From an uncultured Thermoanaerobaculia bacterium (lineage in GTDB: Bacteria; Acidobacteriota; JBCCFW01): DNA of 64,000 bases. Location: NCBI GenBank assembly GCA_964613915.1, contig CAZTIW010000007.1:67828-131827 (forward strand), written 5' to 3'. A model generated the notes under the pieces. That model worked only from the letters and a program-made list of their open reading frames with translations. It was not told where the DNA came from and made no database searches. Shown here piece by piece: positions 1-6,942 of this stretch (position 1 is its first letter; each line of letters opens with the position of its first letter). A program made the translations under genes and the position numbers.

Positions 1-987
1 GACCCCGAGCGCTCCATGGCGCGCGTGGCCGCCGCCCTCGGCTCGTCAGAGGGCGTTCCGCGTGGCTGGCGCGTCGTCGAACCCGACTCCTTCGGCTGGG
101 CGGCGCTGAACGCGGACGAACCCCTGTTGCTGTCCGAGCTCTCCGATGGCGAGCGGGTCCGCCTGCGCCGTGACGCGGGCGCGCTCGCCGATCGCGCGGG
201 GAGCCTCCTGGCCGTGCCGATGACGTCCGCGCGCCGCCCCGTGGGCGTCCTGCTGCTGCTGCGCGCGCGCGGGCAGGCGCCGTTCACGTCGGCCAGCGCC
301 AAGCTCGCCCGCGCGCTGGCGTCGCAGGCCGGCGTGTCCGTGGGCCACCTGCAGCTCCACGAAGAGAGCAAGGAGATGTTCTTCTCCACCGTGTGGTCTC
401 TCGCGTCGGCGGTGGACGCGAAGGACGCGTACACGCACGGGCACAGCCAGCGCGTGGCGCGCTACTCGGGCGTGCTGGGCCGCGCCCTGGGCTTCGATGA
501 CCAGGAGATCGAGCGGCTCGAGCTCTCGGCGATCCTGCACGATGTCGGCAAGATCGGCGTGCCGGAGGCCATCCTCAACAAGCCGGATCGGCTGACCTCG
601 GCCGAGATGGCGATCATGAAGTCCCATCCCGAAAAGGGCGCCGAAATCCTGAGCACGATCCGCGCCATGCGCGACATCGTGCCGGGCGTGCTCCACCATC
701 ACGAGCGCTACGACGGCATGGGTTATCCGCGCACGCTCAAGGGCGAGAACATCCCGCTCCAGGCTCGCATCATCATCATCGCCGACACGTTCGACGCGAT
801 GACGTCCACGCGACCCTACCGCAACGCCCTGCCCGTTCAGGTGGCGATCGACGAGATCCGCCGGTGCACGGGCACGCAGTTCGATCCCCGGCTGGCCGAC
901 GTGTTCGTCGAGCTCGCCGAACGCGGCATCATCCACCCCATCGAGGGTGTCGTGACGCCGGCTTCCCGAGAGGGCTCACGATCATGA
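1..987 (+). CDS. GAF + HD-GYP c-di-GMP phosphodiesterase (probably 5'-truncated by the window edge)
   Basis: Motifs HSQRV, HDVGKIG, HHERYDGMGYP and ADTFDAMTSTRPYR. A GAF-like segment (LLAVPM...GVLLLL) lies upstream. The frame is open from base 1. Confidence 0.9.
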   Translation, partial: DPERSMARVAAALGSSEGVPRGWRVVEPDSFGWAALNADEPLLLSELSDGERVRLRRDAGALADRAGSLLAVPMTSARRPVGVLLLLRARGQAPFTSASAKLARALASQAGVSVGHLQLHEESKEMFFSTVWSLASAVDAKDAYTHGHSQRVARYSGVLGRALGFDDQEIERLELSAILHDVGKIGVPEAILNKPDRLTSAEMAIMKSHPEKGAEILSTIRAMRDIVPGVLHHHERYDGMGYPRTLKGENIPLQARIIIIADTFDAMTSTRPYRNALPVQVAIDEIRRCTGTQFDPRLADVFVELAERGIIHPIEGVVTPASREGSRS

Positions 988-1418
988 CGCGCCATCGCAA
1001 GGGTCGGATTCTCATCGCGGACGACGAGTACGTGATCTCGCGCTGCGTGTCGTTCATGCTCAAGAAGGAAGGCTTCGACTGCCGCATCGTGTCCGACGGG
1101 CAGGCAGCCATGGACGCCATGCGGGCCGAGCCGCCCGACCTGCTGATCCTGGACCTCGACATGCCCAAGAAGAGCGGCTTCGAGGTCTGTCGCGAGCTGC
1201 GGCAGGAAGCCGCGCTGCGCGGCATGCACGTGCTCGTGCTCACCGCCAAGGGCCAGCCGATGACGCGCGACTGGCGCTCCCGCATCGAGGCCGACTCGTT
1301 CATGCTGAAGCCGTTCGATCCCCGGGCGCTCCTCAAGCACGTCCACGCGCTCTTCGAAACGCTCGCTCCGGCGCTCGAGGAAGACCTGGCCGAGGCGACC
1401 CCCGTCCCGACCCCCTGA
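984..1418 (+). CDS. Single-domain response regulator receiver (CheY-like)
   Basis: ILIADDE, LLILDLDMPKKSG, LTAK and LKPF motifs. ATG at 984 overlaps the HD-GYP stop (ATGA). Confidence 0.9.
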   Translation: MTRHRKGRILIADDEYVISRCVSFMLKKEGFDCRIVSDGQAAMDAMRAEPPDLLILDLDMPKKSGFEVCRELRQEAALRGMHVLVLTAKGQPMTRDWRSRIEADSFMLKPFDPRALLKHVHALFETLAPALEEDLAEATPVPTP

Positions 1419-1430
1419 GCGCGGGGGACG

Positions 1431-1460
1431 TTGACGGCCGCGCTCCCCCCTCCGCATGAT
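1431..1460 (+). promoter_or_regulatory. Sigma70-type promoter TTGACG-N18-CATGAT
   Basis: TTGACG at 1431-1436 and CATGAT at 1455-1460. An ATG follows 7 nt later at 1468, with no SD sequence. Confidence 0.55.
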
Positions 1461-1467
1461 GCTGGGC

Positions 1468-1911
1468 ATGATCGCACGACTGGCACCCCTCCTCTTCGCG
1501 GCGTTCCTTGCCGGAGCGGGCCTCTGCGCCTGTGGCGGCGACTCGACGAACTCCGGCGACCTCATCACCGGCAGCGACGCGGACGGCGACGGCGTGTCGA
1601 ACGCCGAGGACAACTGCCTCCTGGTGCCCAACCCCGGGCAGGCTGACAGCGACCTCGATGGCTTCGGGGACGCGTGCGACTGCGATCGCGTCACCGCCGC
1701 GTGCCTGGACGAGAGCCTCGCCGCCGGCAACTGCGCGAACGGCCGGGATGACGACGGCGACGGTCTCGTGGATGCGGCGGACCCCAATTGCGCGCTCGAG
1801 CGCACGGCTTCCGGGAACTGCGCCGACGGCGTGGACAACGACGGCGATCGCCTGATCGACTGCGCCGAGGCCGACTGTGCCGGCGCGCCCGGGTGCCCCC
1901 CGGCCCCATGA
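1468..1911 (+). CDS. Cys/Asp-rich lipoprotein with thrombospondin type-3-like Ca-binding repeats
   Basis: Signal peptide with lipobox (LCAC). Contains DADGDGVSNAEDNC...DSDLDGFGDACD and two NC(A)xGxDxDGDxLxDxAxxxC repeats. Start at 1468 chosen from promoter spacing; the ORF track gives 1456. Confidence 0.7.
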   Translation: MIARLAPLLFAAFLAGAGLCACGGDSTNSGDLITGSDADGDGVSNAEDNCLLVPNPGQADSDLDGFGDACDCDRVTAACLDESLAAGNCANGRDDDGDGLVDAADPNCALERTASGNCADGVDNDGDRLIDCAEADCAGAPGCPPAP

Positions 1912-2438
1912 GCTCCGGGGGCGAGGACCTCCGGCGCGCGTTCGAGCGCGTGGCTGCGGCGCGGGAGGCGCCGGACCAGAAGGTTGCGGCCGAAGGCGTG
2001 CGCGTTCTCACGTTCGTCCTGTCGGGCGAGCTGCACGCCTTCCGGCTGACGGACCTGGTCGAGGTTGTCGGCAGCGTCGAACCGACGCCCATCCCGTTCG
2101 CGCCGCCCCACGTGCCCGGGGTCGTCAACCATCGCGGGGCGATCGTGCCCGTGGTGGATCTGCGGCGCGCGTTCGGCCTGCAGGTGCACTACCGGCGCGA
2201 GAGCGGTCGCACGATCCTCGTGCGCCACGGCGACGCCATCGTGGGGTTTCTCGCCGACGCCATCGCGGCCATCCGCTCCATTCCGGCCACGGCCATCGAG
2301 CCGCCGCTCGCCACGATGGAAGCCTCGCGCGCGCGATTCCTCGAGGGATGCGTCCGGCTCGACAACCAGGCGCTTCTCGCCGTGCTGTCGGTGGCGGCGC
2401 TGTTCGAGGGACTGAGCGCGCCATCCGAGGCCGAGTGA
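1908..2438 (+). CDS. cheW: CheW adaptor protein
   Basis: VLTFVLSGELHAF...PHVPGVVNHRGAIVPVVDLR...GFLADAI...FLEG. ATGA overlap with the upstream lipoprotein. Confidence 0.9.
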   Translation: MSSGGEDLRRAFERVAAAREAPDQKVAAEGVRVLTFVLSGELHAFRLTDLVEVVGSVEPTPIPFAPPHVPGVVNHRGAIVPVVDLRRAFGLQVHYRRESGRTILVRHGDAIVGFLADAIAAIRSIPATAIEPPLATMEASRARFLEGCVRLDNQALLAVLSVAALFEGLSAPSEAE

Positions 2439-2974
2439 CGCCGCCCGCGCGGGCCGAAGCGCGTGCCCGGCGGGCGCCGGTCCGGCGGCGGCGCGCGGCG
2501 CCCGTGCTCGTGCCCGAGGGCTCCGTCGAGCTCCTGCACTTTTCGGTCGGCAAGCTGCTCTTCGCGGTCGCCCGGACGGCCGTGCGCGCCATCCGGCCGT
2601 CGCCGCGCCTGCGATCCGTGCTGGGCGGCCCGCAGGCGTCGGCGGGGCTCCCGCTGGTGTCGCTCTCGACCGTGCTCGGTCTCGAGCGCGACGCCTCGGT
2701 GGATCGCCGCGTCATCGAGGTCGTCCACTGGGGCCAGCGCCTCGGTCTCGAGGTGACCGCGATCGTGGGCATGCACCACGTGCCGCCGTCCGACTTCCAC
2801 CCGCTGCCGGCATGGCTCAAGCAGACGCTGCGATCCCGCGCGGTGCTCGGCATCGTGCGATGGCGTCCGGACGGCACGACGCCGGGCGCCGGCGCGCACG
2901 AGCGCCTGCTGGTCGCGCTCGAGCTGTCGGTCCTTCTCACCGAACGCGGCGTCGAGGTCCCGACCGACACCTGA
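2435..2974 (+). CDS. Second, divergent CheW-like protein
   Basis: LLHFSVGKLLFAV...LPLVSLSTVLGL...LGLEVTAIVG...VLGIV...LLVALEL follows the CheW pattern. GTGA overlap at 2435. Confidence 0.7.
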   Translation: MTPPARAEARARRAPVRRRRAAPVLVPEGSVELLHFSVGKLLFAVARTAVRAIRPSPRLRSVLGGPQASAGLPLVSLSTVLGLERDASVDRRVIEVVHWGQRLGLEVTAIVGMHHVPPSDFHPLPAWLKQTLRSRAVLGIVRWRPDGTTPGAGAHERLLVALELSVLLTERGVEVPTDT

Positions 2975-3119
2975 GCCGCCCCGCGAGCGCGCTCGAGCCT
3001 CGCGGGCGAGAATTCCCATCGGTTGGAGGAGCTTCCATCGGCTCGCGAGCGCCGCGTCGCCAGCGGCTCCGGAACGGGCACGCGGGCGCCTTTCGCCACG
3101 ACGGCCGCGCCGGAGGGCG

Positions 3120-3135
3120 TGGCACGCGGGCTGCA
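3120..3135 (+). promoter_or_regulatory. Sigma54 (-24/-12) promoter
   Basis: TGGCACGCGGGCTGCA has GG-N10-GC spacing and is a close match to TGGCAC-N5-TTGCW. Confidence 0.6.
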
Positions 3136-3146
3136 CGGAGCCGACC

Positions 3147-5450
3147 ATGGGCGCCCGGCCCCCCTGCCACTCCTCCCGGCACCGCCGCCACCTGACGCGC
3201 ACGCTCGACGCCGCCGGTCCTCGCCGGCAGACGGACGAGCGGGGCAGCGCGCTCGCGCTCGTCCTGTTCGCGTCCACCGCCCTGAGCCTGATGGGCGTCG
3301 GCATTCTCGTGCTGAGCGAGGCCGAGGCGCTGCGCGCCAAGGCGTTCGCGGAGCGGTCACGGTCGCGCGCCGCAGCGGAAGCCGCGGTGGGGCTCGCCTC
3401 GACCTGGTTCACGACGCCCGACCGGGCGTTCGCGCTGCCGCCGCCGCATGCCTGGCGCCTGGATCTGCGGCGTGGCGACTCGGATCTCGACGGACGCGAG
3501 GACGCTGGCTGCGATGGCTCGACCGAGGCGGGGCAGTGGCGCGGCTACCCGCTGGTGCCGCCGCAGGACGATCCCGAGATGGACCGGATCGTCGCGCGTG
3601 CCTGCGGCGAGCCGGCAACGCCGGACCTGCTGCTGGAGTCGCCAGAGGCGCTCGCCCGCATCGGCGAACTCATCGGCAAGGACATCGTCGTGGAGCGGCT
3701 GGCCATCCATGCCGGCCCCGATCTCAACCGGTCGCGATCGGCGCTCACGATCGAGGCCACGACATCCGTGCGGCGCGGGCAAATCACGGTCGCGCGCATG
3801 ACGGTCACGGGACGCGTGCAGGCGCTGCCACGGATCCGCGGCGACGAGGTCCTGCTCGCGCGTGGCGGGATCCGGCTGGAAGCGGGCGCGACCGCGGCGT
3901 GGGGCATCGTGCGCGCCGGCGGCAACATCGATCTCATGCCGCTCGACGACGACAGCTTCCCGCGATCGGGCCTGCCGCGACGCGCCGACGGTTCGCCTGT
4001 CGGGTGGGCCACGGGAGGAGCGACCGACTGGGATCGATCGACGCCGGAGCGCGAGTACGTCCTCACGGAGCTCATCGGCCGCACGCGCCAGGGGGTTCCC
4101 GTGCGCACGGACCTCGTCCGCCCGCCGCCGCTCGCGGATCCGTGGCTCGGGATTCAGGCCGGCGGCGGGGTCACGGCTGCCGGCGTGGACATCGCGCGAG
4201 ACGTCACGCGGCAGCCCTGGCCCTACGATCCGCGCGTCACGACCGTCGAGGACGACCTGTCCTTCATCACGACGGGCGCCGGTCCGCGGGATGCGCTCGC
4301 CGACGGTCGCATCGCTGCCCTGGCGGACCTGACGGCGGGAGCCGCCACCGGCGGCGGGCTGCGCCGCTTCGTCCTCGACGCGTCGGCCTCTCGCGCCGAG
4401 CCCCTCTGGCGCGAGAACGGTGATGGCCCCGCGCGCACGGCGGACGCCTGGCTGGGCGGCACGCGGGGAGCGCCGGTCGTCGCGGCCTTCGTGACGGGCG
4501 GCGCGCCAGCGCCGGCGCGCGTCACGATCACCGGCGCCCGGGGGCTCATCATGATCGAGGCCGGAGAGGTCGTGCTCGATCCGAGCGGTCCGGCGCCGGC
4601 CATCACGGCGAACATGCCGGGCGAGCCCTACGTCGATCTCGGGGCTGACCTTGACGGCGACACGGTCGTGGATCCCTCGACGATCGGCAACGGCCGGTGG
4701 GATCGCGACTTCGACGGCGACGGCGTGGCGGACACGGGCGACTCTGACGGCTGGGAACTGGCGCAGATCGCCGTGCCGTCCTACTGGGTGCCGTACCGCG
4801 ACGCCAGTCCGACCATGCTGCCGAGGTTCCCTCACGAGGCGTTCCTCAATCTGGCCTATCCGATTGATGGCAAGCCAGGACCGGTCCGCGTCGCCTTCCG
4901 CGCGGAGACCGAAGGCGAGCCCGCTCCCGTGGACGACCTCGATGGCGATGGTCTCGTGCGCGCTGGCTTCGATCGCGTGACGACGCTCGCGCGCGACCGC
5001 CGCGGCGCTCGCGTGTCCGTGAACGCGCACGCGCACGCGCTCGTGGTGAACATGACCGGCTCGGTGACGCTGCGTGCGGGGTTCTCCCTCCTCGGCGCCG
5101 TGCGCGCGCAGGGGGACATCGTGCTCGAGCCCGGGGCGCGAGCCCTGTTCGATGAAGCGCTCGGGCGCGAGGGCAGGCTCGCGCTGCCCCTGCCGATGAC
5201 GGTCCTCGCCGGGATTGCCTTCTCCAGCCGGGGCGGCCGCCTCGCGGCCGGAGAGCCCGTCCCCGAAGGCGAGCCGCTGGCGCCTGGAGGCGAGGGCGAT
5301 CCGGAGGGCGGTGAAGGCGGCGGGGCGGGCAAGCCCGGCCCGGGCGCCGGCTCCCCCGGGGCGGGCGGACGCGAGAGTGGAGGAGCGGGCTCCGGCCCGC
5401 GGGGGCCCGAGCCCACCGAGCCCTCCGGGCCCCGGACGCGCCGTCGCTGA
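3147..5450 (+). CDS. Large PilX/GspK-like protein with DxDGD Ca-binding motifs and a Gly/Pro-rich tail
   Basis: ERG|SALALVLF...hydrophobic helix...AAAEAAV is a PilX-type N-terminus lacking Glu+5. DLDGD/DFDGDG motifs are present. The C-terminus is low complexity. Confidence 0.6.
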   Translation: MGARPPCHSSRHRRHLTRTLDAAGPRRQTDERGSALALVLFASTALSLMGVGILVLSEAEALRAKAFAERSRSRAAAEAAVGLASTWFTTPDRAFALPPPHAWRLDLRRGDSDLDGREDAGCDGSTEAGQWRGYPLVPPQDDPEMDRIVARACGEPATPDLLLESPEALARIGELIGKDIVVERLAIHAGPDLNRSRSALTIEATTSVRRGQITVARMTVTGRVQALPRIRGDEVLLARGGIRLEAGATAAWGIVRAGGNIDLMPLDDDSFPRSGLPRRADGSPVGWATGGATDWDRSTPEREYVLTELIGRTRQGVPVRTDLVRPPPLADPWLGIQAGGGVTAAGVDIARDVTRQPWPYDPRVTTVEDDLSFITTGAGPRDALADGRIAALADLTAGAATGGGLRRFVLDASASRAEPLWRENGDGPARTADAWLGGTRGAPVVAAFVTGGAPAPARVTITGARGLIMIEAGEVVLDPSGPAPAITANMPGEPYVDLGADLDGDTVVDPSTIGNGRWDRDFDGDGVADTGDSDGWELAQIAVPSYWVPYRDASPTMLPRFPHEAFLNLAYPIDGKPGPVRVAFRAETEGEPAPVDDLDGDGLVRAGFDRVTTLARDRRGARVSVNAHAHALVVNMTGSVTLRAGFSLLGAVRAQGDIVLEPGARALFDEALGREGRLALPLPMTVLAGIAFSSRGGRLAAGEPVPEGEPLAPGGEGDPEGGEGGGAGKPGPGAGSPGAGGRESGGAGSGPRGPEPTEPSGPRTRRR

Positions 5451-5544
5451 GGGGGCTCGCGGGACCGCGGGGCTCGCGTCGGCCGCGTCCCGCGATGCAT
5501 GCTGGAGACTGAAGCCGCCCGGGGCGGCGCAACGGAGACGTGAC

Positions 5545-6852
5545 ATGGCAGCGACGCGCTGGAGCCTTCGAAGCATCTTCACGCTCCTGTCGGCGGGCCT
5601 GGTCCTGGTCGGCGGGGCGATCATCGTGCTGGCCATGGACGTGCAGATGCGCGCCGGCCGCACCGAGGCGGCGTTGATCACGGGCACCATCGTGCTCGTG
5701 ATCGCCGTGGCCGTCACGGCGCTGGCCGCGCACTTCGTTTCGGGCAGCGTCGTGCAGCCCCTCGAGCGCATGGTGGACGTCGCGTCGGCCGTGGCGCAGG
5801 GCGACTATCAGCGCGTGGCCGAGCTGCGGTCGCAGATTCACGAGATCGGCGAGCTCGCCGACGCCTTCGCCGCCATGCGCCGCCACCTGGCCGAGGTCGC
5901 GCAGCAGGCCCGCCGCGTGGCGTCGGGCGATCTCTCGCATCGCATCGCGGGCGGAGGCGATCTCGCCGAGGCCTTCAACACGATGGCCGACTCGCTCTCG
6001 AGGCTGATCGGCCAGCTGCAGCAGGCCAGCGACCGCATCGGCAGCGCGTCCTCCGAGATCCTGACGGGATCCCGCGCCGCCGAGCGCGGGTCCACCGAAC
6101 AGGCCTCGTCAATCGCCCAGACGACGGCGACCATGGACGAGCTGCTGGCGGCCTCGAAGCAGATCGCGGCGTCCTCTGACGCCGTCGTGAAGATCGCCGA
6201 GCGCACGCTGTCGGCGGCCAAGTCCGGCGAGGATGCCGTGCAGCAGAGCATCGGGGGCATGCAGGAGATCGCGAGCAACAACCGGCAGACGGCCGAGCGG
6301 ATCCTCGAGCTGTCCGAGCGGAACCAGCAGATCGGCAACATCGTGGACCTGATCGACGAGATCGCCGACAAGTCCGACCTGCTCGCGCTCAATGCCGCCA
6401 TCGAGGGCGCCAAGGCCGGCGAGGCGGGGAAGGGCTTCGCCGTCGTGGCGACGGAAATGCGGTCGCTCGCCGAGAACGTCGTCGAGTCCACGAAGGAGAT
6501 CAAGGCGCTGATCTCCGAGATCCAGAAGGCCTCGAACGCCTCGGTGCTGGCGACCGAGGGCCAGATGAAGGCGACGGATCGCGGCACGCAGGTGGCGCAG
6601 AAGACGGGCGACCAGCTGCGCGAGATCCTGCAGATGGTCGTGCAGACGACCGAGGCCGCCAAGCAGATCTCGCTCGCCACGCAGCAGCAGCGGACGGGCA
6701 CGGAGCAGGTCGTGCAGTCCATGTCCGAGATCGCGCGCATCGCCCGATCGAACGTGGCGGGCGCGTCGCAGACGACCGGCGCGACGTCGGAACTCGCGCG
6801 GCTCTCCGAGGAGCTCAAGGCCGCCGTCAGCCAGTTCCGCCTGACCCGCTAG
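5545..6852 (+). CDS. Methyl-accepting chemotaxis protein (2 TM, tandem HAMP, no periplasmic sensor domain)
   Basis: Signalling tip DLLALNAAIEGAKAGEAGKGFAVVATEMRSLAE. Two hydrophobic helices are separated by about 11 aa. GGAGA RBS lies before ATG 5545. Confidence 0.92.
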   Translation: MAATRWSLRSIFTLLSAGLVLVGGAIIVLAMDVQMRAGRTEAALITGTIVLVIAVAVTALAAHFVSGSVVQPLERMVDVASAVAQGDYQRVAELRSQIHEIGELADAFAAMRRHLAEVAQQARRVASGDLSHRIAGGGDLAEAFNTMADSLSRLIGQLQQASDRIGSASSEILTGSRAAERGSTEQASSIAQTTATMDELLAASKQIAASSDAVVKIAERTLSAAKSGEDAVQQSIGGMQEIASNNRQTAERILELSERNQQIGNIVDLIDEIADKSDLLALNAAIEGAKAGEAGKGFAVVATEMRSLAENVVESTKEIKALISEIQKASNASVLATEGQMKATDRGTQVAQKTGDQLREILQMVVQTTEAAKQISLATQQQRTGTEQVVQSMSEIARIARSNVAGASQTTGATSELARLSEELKAAVSQFRLTR

Positions 6853-6942
6853 CGGAGGCAGCTTGACGCCCTTGCATCGCATGCCAGCGCGCGTTCGCCC
6901 GTCGCGACGCGTGGCCCGCGCGAGCGTTCCGGGCTAGCGCGC

